This document shows, one piece after another, positions 37,464-50,900 of a stretch of DNA of 64,000 nt. Within the stretch, counting starts at the first letter, position 1. Every line of letters begins with the position of its first letter. The stretch comes from Guillardia theta CCMP2712. Its lineage: Eukaryota; Protista; Cryptophyta. The translations under genes and the position numbers were made by a program. Under the pieces are notes generated by a model that was given only the letters and a program-made list of their open reading frames with translations, was not told the origin of the DNA and did not search any database. The stretch spans positions 567,808 to 631,807 of the forward strand of contig NW_005434668.1 of NCBI RefSeq assembly GCF_000315625.1, in the 5' to 3' direction.

Positions 37464-40190
37464 CTAACTTAAATTTTCATGAAAAGAATTCTCACTCTCT
37501 ACCCATTTCTCCGTCAGTTCGTCAAAACGTAGAGGCAGCAACATCGTGGCGTCCTTGAAAGAGAGGTCATTGGGTTTCGAGTTGAAGAACTGCAGGGCCT
37601 GCACAGCGGAGGGGATGTCTTGGAACGTGAGGATGACTTCTCCGGTCATCAACCCTTCCTCGTTCAACAACAGCTCTGGCTCTACATCTGGTGCAAGCTT
37701 GTAACTTGAAAAAGATGCCTGCAATCTGGTCATGCTGAGCCCTTCACCAGCACACATGTTCGAGATGCCTTGATGTGTTGAGAATTCAGGTGCTTCTTCG
37801 CTCCCACCAGCAGCAGGCGTCCTCGGGGGGGAGGGGTGTCTTCAACCACCTGAGTTTTGTCAGTTGAATGCCGTGGACAACTCAGCCTACGAATTTCAAA
37901 GCGACTCGTCTCCTGCAAACTTGTGAATTGTAGAAACATCTAAAACGATTCTCCACCTTCCGAGCATTTTCCCATTGAATTTTGCCATCGCAGCCAGGCA
38001 AGTTTCTGATATGTCTCACCGACAGCACCATAAGTTGAGTGACACCTTTATCCACAAACTTGATCACTGCTTCGCCAGTCAACCACCTTGAGGCAAGTCA
38101 ATTCTCTCAAGGGAGCTCAAAGACGCAGCAGCAGTCACCCGTCTGGGTCTTTGAAGAGCGCAACTCCCCCTTCAAATCCTGATTGAGGTCAGCATGTCAT
38201 CGCATAGTCGCATGCCATCGTATCGTCATCCCCCACCTTTGTCTGGCCTGTTGTAGTTGGTCGCCACGGCTTCCCTCAGGTCTTCTAACCACTCATAGAT
38301 ATCCTCCCTGGTGCACTTCATCGGCAGCCCTGTGCTCTATCAACTCTTCTTCTCCGCATTCAGCTCCCACCTGTCAAGCTCAACTTGTGCGCCACGAGCC
38401 TGTGCCCTGGTAGCGGCGGCGCCACTTTTGCGCCCGGAGGTGGAGGCGGTCGAGGGAGACCATGCTCTTGATCAGCGCTGTATACGCTCTTGGGAAGGAG
38501 TCATTCTAATGCACAGGACGAAAACTTCTGGTACCCTGAACGCCTTCCTGGCACGTTGCGGGTCATGATCGTCGGTGAACGGTGGTCTGAACAAGTCACG
38601 GTCAGCTCGGATTGCTCGAGGTGCCTCAAGCGCACCTTGACCAAGAAGCCCTGCCACAAGGTCTCAGGTGCGTCACGCTAACGCAAACAAGTCATGCAAA
38701 CCGTGACAAAGCCATCCTATCAGGCAGTGGAGGCGGGGGAGGTCGAGGATCAGGAAGGGGAGGAGGTCGGAACTTTCCCTTTCGCTCTTCCTATCCAGCT
38801 GGCTTGTGAGCAAGCAACCGGCTTCAAACATGCGATCACCATCTTCACATCGTCCGGCCGAAGCTCTGAAACAGAGATTCTTCTTTGAAACGTGGGCGTC
38901 TCAAACACAAGTTTGTCCTTGTGAAAAGCTCCTTCTTGCCCAACTCTCATGCACCGTCACGCAGCTCCTGAGAAACTCACCCGAGCGTTGATGTGCTGGA
39001 GCTGGAGCTCCGAACGCTTTAGCCTGCACAAGGTGCTCAGAAGAGCGCGCAAGGGGATGATAGCGATGGTGACCTCTTCCTGTCGATGCATGTGATGCCC
39101 TGCAATGGATCGGCGGAAGAGCATGTCTGGTGAGAATTCAAAGTGATCGGGCAGGACATGCTTCTCTACAACCAGCTCGTCAATCATATGTTATCAGTTT
39201 CACGTCAGCAGCGTACCATGCTTCTCAACGTTGGTAGGAACAGAGTACTTGGAGTATTTCTTGATCAAAGCATCTCTTTTCAAGATAGGAAAGCGCGAGA
39301 GTACCTGATCATCGATGACAAAGAAGAAGCAGGCCATGCACGAGCTACCCGTTCTTCAAGGGCTTCCATGGGCTCATCATCCATACGTTCTTCAAGGGGA
39401 TCTACCCGCAGCAGCCTCTCAAGCGAGCTCTCCTGCTCTCGGATGGTCTTCTCTAGTAACGTGATCTCGTGAGCTATGCGAACCTCCGCCTGAGCGTAAG
39501 GGTCTGTTGTCTGATGCGCAAGCTGCTCGTGCTCGTCATCCTGGTCGGAGTTTGAATCTGAGTCGCTGAGAGAGTCTTCGGGCATGACCCGACTGCGGTA
39601 TCGAGTCTGAGGGACTTCCACTTGCTCGCTTGTCTGCAGCTCCTCAAGCAGAAAGGCCTTGAACTCCTCAAGCTCCTTGGCATCGAAACTTCTCGGGCTT
39701 TCCAGCACAGAGGGACTACTGATGCTGCTCGGCGTGTGGGGGGAGCGAGTGCCGTTGGACGCCTGAGGACTTGGAGTGCCGGCATGCTCTCCCTGACCGG
39801 ATAGATTCCTGGAAGCACCGAGCTCGGAGAGAGGAGACGAGCTCCTGCGTTGAAAAGAAGACTCGCCATGCAGGAACGGAGATTTTCGGACAGAATCATA
39901 GTTCCTCTCGCTTAGGGGAGGCGTCAGGTCTTGATGTGAGGTTGCCGATATTTGTTCTTCATCCATCTTCATCTCGTCGATCATGTTTAGCTCTGACACG
40001 TTTCTCTGCCTTTCAGAGCTTGAGGGTGCTCGTCGGCTAGCAATCATCCTTTCCTCCGATGCCAGCTTCAGGCCCCTCCCCTCAGCTTCCCTCAGTCCTG
40101 TTCCTCTCTCCTCTCCCTCCCTCTCTCACTACTGCTCTCCTCCTCCTCTCCTCTCCTCTCCTTCAGCCATCTCAGCGTCTTGTCGAGTCA
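37464..40190 (-). CDS. Protein with C-terminal quasi-RRM domains (hnRNP F/H / ESRP-like); start approximate
   Basis: GLPMKCTREDIYEW...TGEAVIKF and a second ...MTGEVILTFQDIPSAVQAL; Ser-rich disordered N-terminal exon 40047-39480. Confidence 0.6.
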
Positions 40191-40543
40191 TCATAGCTGC
40201 TCAGCTTGTCGGTAGAAACCGACAAGCTGAGCAGTTTGTATGCTCTTCGAACGCACTCACGACTACCCCACCCCTACAAACATCCTCTCGTACCCACCCC
40301 TTTCTCGCTACCCCTCCTCGAAACCTGCTTTCCACCCTGTAGTGCAGGGAAGGCGATTCCAATGGTGCGAGCGAGGCAGCGAACAGACGCAGCGGGGAGA
40401 GGAAGGGAGAGAAGAAGCTGAGAGAGCGAGAGAGACAGGACGAGTCGAGTCACCTTAGCCTGTATCGACACCCTCCTCTTCCTTCCTCTTCCTTCTTCTT
40501 CCTTCCTCTTCCTTCCTCTTCCTTCTCCCTCCACCAGCACGAC

Positions 40544-41391
40544 ATGGGCATCGAAAGCTCCTGCTTCCCACGTCAGAACCAACAAGATCCGTTGCAGCAG
40601 TTCAAGTCGTGGGGACTCATCCACTTCCCTGACGAGGACGAGAATGAAGAGGATGGCGGAGATATCGACGAGGTCATGCCAGGTCCTCCTCTCTGACTCC
40701 CTCCGTGACCTCCCTGACGGCGCAAATCAGGCCTCTTCCTTGGGGGGATGGAGGGAGCGATGCAGCACGACGAGCTGAGGAGGAGAGGAGTAACCCATGT
40801 CTTGAATGTCGCAAGCTACAACCTCAGCCCCTCGGCCTACGATCCTGAAGCATTCAGGTACCTTATCATCTGTGCGGAAGACCTCCCTACAGAGAACCTG
40901 AGGACTCACTTCGACAAGGTGACGCCGCTGCTCGCGCGAGCTCCTCTCATGCTCACTGTGTTGGCAGACGACAAGCTTCATCGCCTCTGCCATGTCCACC
41001 GGCGCCGTCTACGTCCACTGCTATGCCGGAGTCTCGCGCGCGCCCTCTGTGGTGATGGCATTCCTGATGATGGACATGGGCATGTCCTTCAAGGAAGCCT
41101 ACAACATGTGCAAACGAGCAAGACCGCAGGTGATGGTGAGAGGAGGAGGAGCGAGGCGTGAGAGCTCGACAGGTCTTCCCCAACAATGGTTTCGTCAACC
41201 AGCTCATGCAGCTTGAAGAGACCCTCAAGCACAAACCGACGCAGGTGGAGGCAGCAGCCGGACGGTTCCCCTCCTCCTCCTCTGCTCCTGCCTCTCACTT
41301 GGTACCGACGAGCAGCCTGCACCCTGTGAGGTCATTGTGCTCCTCTGCTCGAGTGACCGATGCCGCAGAACGCCTGAGAGCATCGCCGTGA
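40544..41391 (+). CDS. Atypical dual-specificity protein phosphatase
   Basis: IDEVMP|GLFLGG, GVTHVLNVA, general-acid AEDLP, VYVHCYAGVSRAPSVVMAFLM (CX5R) and PNNGFVNQL. Confidence 0.92.
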
Positions 41392-41479
41392 GTGTGGATA
41401 GTATTCATTATTACTTTAAGAATCTCCGGGCGAGCATGCGAGTAGAAGGGAAGAGGAGGGAGTGGGAGGGTGCCGACGA

Positions 41480-44400
41480 TTTCCGTCCTCGTCTAAGCGT
41501 CTCTAAGCTTGCTCATCAACGACCTCCTGGGGGTAGGGGTGCTGCTTCCTGCCTCGCTCCTGCTCCATGTCGGGCTAACCAGGTTGCTCCCCTCCATGGA
41601 GACGTGCCGGCTGGACAGCTCGAAGTTCTGCACAGCCTCCTGCGAGCAAGGATGGCGATGAGACAAGAAGAGGAGGAGCAAAAACGAAAAGGGGTGGGCA
41701 AGAGGGAGGAGGAATGTCGAGGTTGAGGTAGGTAGTGGGAGGATCAACAGGTCAAGGATGAGCCCAGGGGGATGAGGCAGAGAAGGTTACCGTCGCCTTC
41801 TCCATAGCAGCTGCGAGCTCTGCCATGAGGGTCAGGGGCACATCCAAGTCACGGCAGAAGGCAGACCAAGTTGAGAATGATTCTCCTGCTCCTCCCGCAA
41901 GATTCTCACTCGGATCTTCCTGCCCTCCTGCTTGTGGATGAGGGAGACCAGCAGCTCTGCCCTCCTCCCTCACCTCGTACAGTCTCTTTCCCTGCTGCAC
42001 CGCAGGATGCTGCCAGCTCATCTCTGCCCCGCACGCGTCACATCCTCGCCTCCCTCACGGCAGCAGAGGCAAGGGGAGCAGGAGCAGGACAACATCGCTA
42101 CCAGATGCCGCGGCGAGGCGAACACTCTTGTCGAGCTCCTCCAGATCGCTGCCGTCCGAAGTAAGACTCCTCCTCCTCCTCCTGCCTCTCTCCTCACCCG
42201 GATGCAGCAGCGGCAGCAATCTTCGAGATGTGATATTGTTCTGGACAGGAGAAGGTGGTGAGAGGAACTAGCGAACGAGGATATGGATCACCAATCTCTT
42301 TGTACTGAGCCCGATGTAACGCGTCCCTCATCTCTCGAATGCGATTCTGCGATGATCATCAGTCTGTTCCCCTCCGTCCTCCCTCACCTCCCTCCCCGCA
42401 CCCCCTCCCCGCACCCCCTCCCTCTTCCTCCTCCTCACGTATGCTGCAAGGACGACGAAGTGAAGTTCCCCAAGGTCGATCTTCGACTTCTTGAGAGTTT
42501 TCTGCTCCGTCGGCTGTCAGACAGCAACGACCTCCCCCAGCACATCACCTGCAGCTCAGCGATCTCGTGCTCAGCTGCCTCCCAGCTGCCTGCCTCAGCG
42601 AGCCAGACGTTGGCGTCCCATCGCTTCACGCTGTCCTCGTACTCGAGCATGGCAGGCTCGTCCAGCACGATGCTGGCGGCGAGCGAGGAGGACAAGCTAC
42701 TCTCAGAGCTGAGGCAAGTCAGGGCGTGCGAGAGAGGAGGAGAGGGACGGGAATGGAGGTGGGACGAAGGAGAGGAGGAGGGTCGGGCTGTTACCTCCTG
42801 CTGGTATCCTGCGGCCTTTGCGAGTTTGCATTGCCACCGAAGAGATCAATCTTCATGGCCAACAGCAGCAGCCGAAGACTCTCTACCTCCCGAGCCCTGC
42901 AGGTGGCGGATCATTCACCCCCCCCTTCAACCCCACTAGCTAAGTCCTCCTCTCTCTACCTCCTCCTCTTCTCCCCCCCCTCCCCCTCTCCTCCAGCTCT
43001 CACCTTCTCTCTCGCTTGGTCCTGTCTCGCTGCATCTGTGACAGCTGCTGCTTCCCTCGCTCAATGATCGGGTGTGCAGGCCCCTAGGAAAGAAACTTGT
43101 CACAAACAGCAACTTTCTCCTCCTCATCCTCTTCCTCCTCCACCTCCTCCTCTCTCTCACCAGCCCAGCCTTATCAGCTCGAGAGATCGCCCATGCCAGC
43201 CCCTCCTATCCTCGACGTTACAGGAGCACAGGAAGGAAGCAGAGGGAGGGGAGGGAGAGAAGAGCAGGAGGAGTAAGCATGACAAACCTCGTCAAATTTG
43301 CTGGCAGCATCTTGGATGTTACGCTCGTGGTAATCGCACAAGTTCTGAAAACTCCATCACCATTCACTTAGGCTCCTCCTCCCTCGAGGCTGATTTTCTC
43401 TCCTCACTCTCGTTCCTCGTCGACTCCCCTCACCCGACATCCCCTCCTCTTTCTCTCTCCCACCTGGTACTCCTGCGCATTCGCCGCATCCCGTAGGTCC
43501 TTGAGGTCCTGCAAGCATAGGGTGAGAAGGACGAGGAAGGGTAGGGTGAGAGAAAAGGGAGGGAGAAAGGGGAGGGAGGATAGGGGAAGGGAAGAGGGGA
43601 AGGGGGATGGTGGGGGGGAGGCTCTTTACTCACCAAGCGAGCAGCCTCCACAGCAGGATGAGAAGACCCGAGGACCTGAAGGTGAAGAAGTCAGGGGAAG
43701 AGGTGGGGGCGGGGGAAGGAGACTCACATCGCTTGCTTGAGCGATCGCTTTCTTAAGTTCCTCCATGTCATCCTTGGCAGCGATGAGCATTTCGACCTTG
43801 AAGTTGAAGTGAGGTTGTCAAAGAAAAGAAAAAAGAAATGAGGAAGAGGAGCAGTGTAAGAAGAACTGAGGAGGAAGGGAGATACCTGGACCCTCTCGAC
43901 TTCCTCATACTCAGCTCGATTCCTCTCCTTCACCATCTCCTCGAACGCTCGCTTGCCCTTGATGACGATGGGATGGCGCTTGCCAAGAGGAGAGAACATC
44001 GCTGTGAGCAGATCAGAAGGGAGGGAGGACGAGGTAGGAGAGGGAGAGAGGAGGGAGAAAGGAGGAGGAGGAGAACCTGCATGGATGGCTCTTTCAAGTT
44101 CATCTTCATCCCTATCATAGTTGATCAGATCAGCATCAGCATCGACTCAATTCGTTTTTAATTCAGCTTCCTGCCTTTTCCTCTCCTTCGCTTTCTCCAC
44201 TCCCCTCCTTCCTCCCTCCCGTCCCTTCCATTCTCCTCATGCACATCAACCTGACTTTGATCGCAGAGTCGACATTGTCATTATGCATCTGCTTCAGCTC
44301 TTCCCACGCCGTCTCCCTCTCGCTCGTCCGCAGCTTCTGCTCTTGGACGTCAGTATTGCCCCTTTCCCCCCTCTCCGACTTCTCACGTTGAGGTGAAGCC

Positions 44401-45862
44401 TTGCTTCCTCCACGAACGGGTGGGCATGTCCCAGCTTGTCTGATCCACCCGTCAGTCTGTTGTCCTGCCCCATCGCTCCTCCTCTCCTCACCAGCTTCTC
44501 TCTTGATCACGGCCTCGAGCTCTTTGATCCTGCTGCCCCGTCACTCGTCGACATCATGTGCGTGCGCTCACTCACTTCTTCCGAGCCTCCGCCCGCTGAG
44601 GAGAGCAAGGGATGCTCGAGGAGGCAATGCTCGCGACGATTGATCGACTTCCTCGGTGACTGCAAGCGAGGCTGTGAGAGGAGGAGGGCGCGAAGATCGA
44701 GCGATTCCTGAGCGAAGAGATGGAGGAGAGACTGGGAGAGACGGGCTTGTTTCCTCTCGGAGATAACTGTGAAGAGAAGTGAGAAGAAGAACGAGCACTG
44801 ATCGAAGAGCAGAAACGAGGGAATGGAAGGAGGCGGAGGAGGGGAGATGCATAGGAGTGGAGGTGGCAAAGAACGAGAGGAGGAGAGAAGACAAGAAAGG
44901 GAAGGAGAGGACTGGAGGAGGAAGTTTTTGTTTGGGAGGGGAGGGGCGGGGTGGTTAGGCAAGGAGAAGGGAAGGATGCGGCCATACCAGTGAGTTCAGC
45001 TTGGAGCTAGGGGATGAAGCTGAAGTAACAGGAACGAGAGGGCAGGCAAGAACAGGAAAGAGAGACAAAGAAAAGGAATAAGATCGAGGAGAGAAAAACC
45101 GAAGTAGAGAAGACGACGGGGATGGAGGGAACAGGCCGAGAGCAAGCAGTCATGACATGATTGAAATCAAGAGGGATGAATCACAAGCAAGCGACGTCGC
45201 TTGTGCTTTGTTTTCATGCCGTTTCGCTCTTTCCTGCTCAGCTTATCACGAGGAGCCAGTCTAAGGAAGGAGACAGACATTGCTCTCGAATCTCTCGTCA
45301 GCAAAGAATCGTCTCTCCTCCTCGTCCTCGACATGCCTCCCGTTGCCTGCAGACTCGTTCATCTCGCACTCTCACCATCCAGCATTTGATTCACCTCCGT
45401 GTATCACTTCTGCATGATTCGATCGATTCCGCGCTCCTCTCCCCGGACTTGCCTTCACCTCCTCCTGCACAGCTTCATCAAGCTGATCCTCCTGACTTCC
45501 TCTCTCCCCCCCCCCCCCCCACGCCCCGGTTTTCTCCTCCTCCTCCTCCTCCTCCTCCTCCTCCTCTTCCTCCTCCTCGTCTTACATTCTCATGACTCTG
45601 AGCCAGTCTCTCTTCTTCCTCCGGTTTTCTGCCATGTCCCTCACTTGCACTTCATTGCAACCAGCAGCTTGTTCCTCACCGCACAACGCTTGTCAACAGC
45701 TTGATGCGGTCAAACGTCTTCTGGATTCGTTCTGTCTCGACACGTAAGCTTCTGGTGATGCGCAGAGAACGCGAGGAAGGGAGACAATCCGGGCAGAGGA
45801 CATGACGGGCAAACTGAGGCAATGAAGAGACTGAAGGAGAAGAAGCAGGAGCAAGAGCAGTG

Positions 45863-45894
<32 letters not shown>

Positions 45895-46000
45895 AGGGAG
45901 AAATGGACCTGAATGACCTTCACTTCCAACAACTTTCATCTGTTCTTTCGCGCTCTCATTCTCCGTCACCTCAGACTCTCTCATCGGAACATAAGCTGTT
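41480..46000 (-). CDS. Large coiled-coil protein with many low-complexity introns (ends approximate)
   Basis: E/K/R-rich helical exons (KGKRAFEEMVKERNRAEYEEVERVQ; QEQKLRTSERETAWEELKQM; EYEDSVKRWDANVWLAE) separated by purine/pyrimidine-tract introns. Confidence 0.5.
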
Positions 46001-46321
46001 TATTCTTTGAATCTGGGATTATGGAAATGAGTCAGCGCCCTCAACTGTGTTCGAATGTACAAAGAGAACTGAAGAACCAATCTCCCAATGTTTGCATTCT
46101 CGTGTTCACGACTCTCTTAGCGACAAGTTCCAAAGGGAGCCTTGGATTCCTTTCTCGTCATTTTCTCACAGTAACCGAGCGAGTGAAAAGACAAAAGATG
46201 AACGAGAGGTTCAGGTACTCGTAATGGGAGAAAAGCACTGCTCACTCATCCCACTTCTTCCTTCTTCTCCCTCATCCTCTTCTCCATTCGTCTGCTGCAG
46301 TCCAATCATCACACCTTCAAA

Positions 46322-46572
46322 TCCTGTCATGTCCTGTCCTGTCCTGTCCTGTCCTGTCCTGACCTGTCCTGACCTGTCCTGACCTGTCCTGTCCTGTCCT
46401 CTCCTGTCCTGTCCTGTCCTCTCCTGTCCTGTCCTGTCCTGTCCTGTCCTGTCCTGTCCTGTCCTGTCCTGTCCTGTCCTGTCCTGTCCTGTCCTGTCCT
46501 CTCCTGTCCTGTCCTCTCCTCTCCTCTCCTCTCCTGTCCTCTCCTGTCCTCTCCTCTCCTCTCATCTCCTCC
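46322..46572. repeat. Pentanucleotide microsatellite (GTCCT)n grading into (CTCCT)n
   Basis: Directly visible ~250-bp tandem array. Confidence 0.97.
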
Positions 46573-46614
46573 TCATCTTGTACAATTGCTCTCATCACAT
46601 TTTTCTCAACGGAA

Positions 46615-46900
46615 GTTGGACCCTTTACTCTTGATGTGTCTTACCCCTACCCTCCCTGGATTTCACTGAGAGATAAGTACCCCCTAATTTACCTATATCA
46701 AAATGTTTCATCACCCGGTACTTCAAATATATCACCACCCCTACCCCACCCTCTTTTTGCACCCACATGTGCCTGCACCACAAAGAAGGAACCTGTCGGT
46801 ATCTGGTGGCCCTGATACCCCTACCCCCAATTTCTCCATCAAGTACCCACCCTTTCCTACTCTAAAGTTTCACATGACAACTCAGCCCTCATCCCCGCTA
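46615..46900. promoter_or_regulatory. ACCCC-rich divergent promoter region
   Basis: TACCCC/CACCC cluster upstream of the thioesterase ATG 46923. Confidence 0.55.
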
Positions 46901-46922
46901 CTTCCACTGAATTGGAACCAGC

Positions 46923-47870
46923 ATGCTGGGGGACCAGAGGACGAGGGCCTTCAACATGCTGCGGGCGGCGAGGGCGCTAGTGAAGTATGCCGCGCGGTCG
47001 AAGAAGGGAAAGTTCAGCAGCATGCTGGAGCTGCAGCTGGAGGAAGATGGAGGAAGGATGCAGATCGAACGGATGGAAGACGGCATGGCCACAGTGTCTG
47101 TGGAGGTTGCTCCATGGTGCTGCGGGGGAGACGGTCGGGTGACCCTTGCTGCACTTCTGGCCATGTTCGACGAGGTCAGCACCTTCTGCGGTTGCGTTCC
47201 ATGGGATGGCAACAGCAGGCCAGGGGTGAGCCTGCAGCTGTCAGGGAGGAGCATGAAGGTCGCCGATGTTGGCGCTGGGGACAGAATCACGTTGAGGTAC
47301 AGCATGCAAAAATCTGGCAAGACCGTATCGTTCCTGCACGGTCATGCCATCAACAAGCAAGGAGAGGAGCTCGCGTACTTACGACACGTCAAGTTCATGC
47401 CAATGGGGTTGTTATTCGACGTGTTCGGGAGAAAGTCTATCCGCCACCATACCCTCAACTACTTCGAGCGATACGTCGACTCTATGCCCCCTAACGTGGT
47501 GCCAGCGCACGCGAGCATAGAGGAAGTTTTCAAGCTTAGCGACATGGAGAAGGAGGGAGACAGCAAGACTTGTGAAGTGAGCTTGTCGGCCGAACACGCG
47601 AACCCCAACGGATTCTTGCATGGAGGAGCAGCAGTAATGCTTTCAAATCACCTGGCGCTGCATGGGGAGCCTGTAGATCCAAGGATGCACGTGTACTCAG
47701 TCAATTCAGATCTCCTCTCCTCCATTCCCTTGCGCAAGGGAGTGCAGACCAAGGTTCAGATGGATTCCTCCCGCACTTCTTCCAGCCCCTCCGACTTCAC
47801 TTCCCACGTTCGCCTCCTTAAGGCCGGGAGACCAACGTCCTACAGCCTAGTGAGCTGGCGGCAGTTCTGA
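46923..47870 (+). CDS. Intronless double hotdog-fold thioesterase (PaaI/ACOT13-like)
   Basis: 315-aa ORF; HANPNGFLHGGA in the second domain; VTLAALLAMFDEVST...RPGVSLQLS...KSGKTVSF in the first. Confidence 0.82.
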   Translation: MLGDQRTRAFNMLRAARALVKYAARSKKGKFSSMLELQLEEDGGRMQIERMEDGMATVSVEVAPWCCGGDGRVTLAALLAMFDEVSTFCGCVPWDGNSRPGVSLQLSGRSMKVADVGAGDRITLRYSMQKSGKTVSFLHGHAINKQGEELAYLRHVKFMPMGLLFDVFGRKSIRHHTLNYFERYVDSMPPNVVPAHASIEEVFKLSDMEKEGDSKTCEVSLSAEHANPNGFLHGGAAVMLSNHLALHGEPVDPRMHVYSVNSDLLSSIPLRKGVQTKVQMDSSRTSSSPSDFTSHVRLLKAGRPTSYSLVSWRQF

Positions 47871-47914
47871 ACCCCATCTTCACAGTCAGACGCGTCTCAG
47901 CTTCCCCGTCCTCA

Positions 47915-50900
47915 TCACAGAGCTGACAGCTCGAGCATGGTCGCAGCCGATCTTAACTTCCTCTTGGTCTGCAGCGACAGTCCGCTGGACAGCTCCAGTA
48001 CGTCCTCGAACGTGTACAAACAATATCCAGCTGTGGGGCAAGAGTGAGAAAGCCAAGCGAGCCCAGGTAGCGAAGAAAGGGAGGGACGGAGGGAGGGAGG
48101 GAGGAGCAGGGAGGGATAGTTATCGAGATAACAGAATGAAGGATGAGAACGGAGGAAGACTTTTGAGTGTCAAACGGGGTGCAAGTGAAGGCCGGGGAGC
48201 CAGCAAGTCTCACCCAGTGTGGGCTGCCTTCCAACGGTACAGGTGAAGACCTTCACCTCCTGCTCCGTCCCCTGCCACAGGAGTCACTGTGCCTGCAAGC
48301 GAAGCAGCAGCAGGCGAGCACCTGGAAGAGGCGATACTGGGCGCCATTCTGATAGTCCCTGAGGATGTTGAACATGTCCTCGTCCATGCGGTCATCACCT
48401 GCTCCACGTCAGTCCGGCAGGAGGGAGGAGGTAGAGGGAGAGACCGAAACAGAGGAGGAAGTCTACTCCTCCACGGCTACTGAAGTGCTGTATGATGTGC
48501 GAGACTAGAGCGCCCTTGGTGATCCCCTGCAGGCTCCAGTCAGTTGCCCCTCCCCCTCCATGCCAAAGTTGACCTGGTGGCGGACTCGAACAAACGACTT
48601 CCCCAGCACAACCTGAGCAGGAGCAGTCACTCTCGGCTCAAAAGTTCGATGAGTATGGGGGGCAGAACCTCCACTGGAAGGTGCTCGAGCGTGTCATTTA
48701 GATGGTTCAGGAGCTCCTTTGCCTGTCAAACTTCGTCAACCTCCGCTTCTCCTCACTCCTCCGCTTCTCCTCCCTCCTCCGCTTCTCCTCCCTCCTCCCT
48801 CCTCCCTCCTCCGCTTCTCCTCCCTTCTTCAAGCCAAACCCCTTCTCCTCCCTCCTCCCTCCTCCCTCGTCCGCTGCTCCTCCCACCTACACCCCTCACC
48901 TGGATCTGACCAAACTCTGGATTCGAGACCCCGTAATGCCAAGTGATGGAAGCGACCTGCCAACCCCGTTATGCCCCTAGCAGCCCCAGCAGCTTCACCC
49001 ACCTGGTCCTCGTCTACGTACGACCCAGTCGTGCGCTCCTTGTAGCTGTTCATCAGGAGCGAGCAGACCTGCATCAGCCGCGTCAGACTCGTCAGTCCTG
49101 AGGCGAGCAAGCGTTTCTCACATCCTTCCACTGGGCCTTGACGTGTTGGCGCTGGTCCCAGCGGTCGGCGGGAGAGCCCGGCCACTTATAGTAGTATCCA
49201 TCCTCGGCTGCAAGACCGAGCTGGAAAGGAGGTCACGGCGTGCTTGTCAACAGCTGGGGGGGAGAGGAGTACCTTCTCTATGCCCTTACAGCGCTTGAGC
49301 AGGAGGAGTAGATGCTCGACGGAGTCCGATGACAGCAGGAACACGACGTTTCCAGTCTCCAGCACAAGCTTGAGGAGCCGTCAATTGCTGCAGTGGAGGA
49401 GGGGGAGAGGGATCCACCTGGTCCAGGTTCTTGACAAACTGAGGCCAACTCTTGCTTTCAGCCTCTTCCTCACTTCCCTGCAGGCGGGAGGCGAGCTCAG
49501 CATGCAGACGGCTGAAAGGAACCGCAAAATTTCATTCACCTTCGGGGGCCTCAACACGTCAACGTCGAAGATCAGCAGCCTTGTCTTGCCCGAAGCGTAA
49601 GCTGTATTGACATCAGCCAGCTTGAGGATGTTCGAAGAGATCTAGCAACAAGTTAGTGTAGCCAAAGCAAAGGGCACATGCATAACCTCTTTGTAAGAAC
49701 TCTTCACTAGACCGACACGGCAGCAAGCTGTACGAGCAACATCTTCTCCCATCTCGATCAAGTTTGCCCTCGCCATCTTCATGTCCTTCAGAATGTTCTC
49801 AGCCCACCTGCAGGGCTGATATCAGAACAAGCCAGCGGACCGGGGGAAAGCCGAGGAACCTAAGGACTGTATTGTGCTGGCACCACTCGAACTGTTGAGA
49901 GTGCCAGTGCTTCCTCTCATACTGCGGTTGTCTCAAGCACTTCACTATGCTCCGAGCAAAGTCTTCCTCCCTCCATGGATTCGTCCTCATCGCACCTGCT
50001 CCATACGTCAGCATGACGAGGTCATGGCCAGCTCGAGCTCACCAGGGATCACCCTGCTGCAGGCCGTGAACTCTGAGAGCACTAGCGAGCCCATCTTAGG
50101 CTGTTTGCCTCTGCTTGATGCCTCTGCATCGACCGTTCCTCCTGCCAGCACAAACTCCAGCGGGACAAGGCTTAATCCGTGCCTTACCTGCTAGCATGTC
50201 AAGGATGGCGGGTATCCACATGAAGTTCTCACCGCTGAGTTCACCAGCACGTCGGCGATCGTGAAGAGCGCGACGCGAGGAGCGAAGGGCATCTTCTCGT
50301 GGAGCATGAGGACAGCATTGGGATAGGCCTCGTTGATCTCTTCGGCCAACTTGGTGACCGCCTGCGCATACTCCTGGTGCATCATCTCCCCTCGGGAATC
50401 GTGTAAGGGGATGGCAACTTGCACCAGCACTGCACTGGCACGATACTCCGGGAAGAGATTGAGCATGGAACGGTAAGCTCGGAGCTTCAGGGTGATGCCT
50501 GACAGAGGCTCCATGTCGTCATAGCCCACCAAGATCACCTGCTTCTTCATCCTCCGGAACTTCTCTGCCCAGAAGTCGGACTCGGTCAAAACTCTCTCCT
50601 CCTGCAGACGGCGGTTGAGAGTCTCCGCGTCTATCCCTACGTGAGAGGCTCTCACGTTCACATGGTGACCGTTGAAGACCAGGTTCACCAGCCCGCATCG
50701 AGCTGGGCGGTGTTCTATGCCAAGAAGCGTCGAGCAGCATGAGAGGAAATGACGGGCATACGTGAAGCAGTGGAATTGAATAAGATCGGCATTCAATAGA
50801 GACCTCAACGCCTCTTTGCGTACAGGCATTGTCCTGAAAATCTCTGAGGAGGGGAATGGAGTGTTGAAGAAGAAGCAGATGTTCGCTGTGCGAGCCCTTG

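Noticed and set aside
42283-45704. Numerous plus-strand ORFs rich in S/P/L
   Set aside because: Antisense shadows of the minus-strand coiled-coil gene and its low-complexity introns.
46317-46598. ORF with GQDRT repeats; array considered as CRISPR or telomere
   Set aside because: Translation of a 5-bp microsatellite; no spacers and not a telomeric unit.
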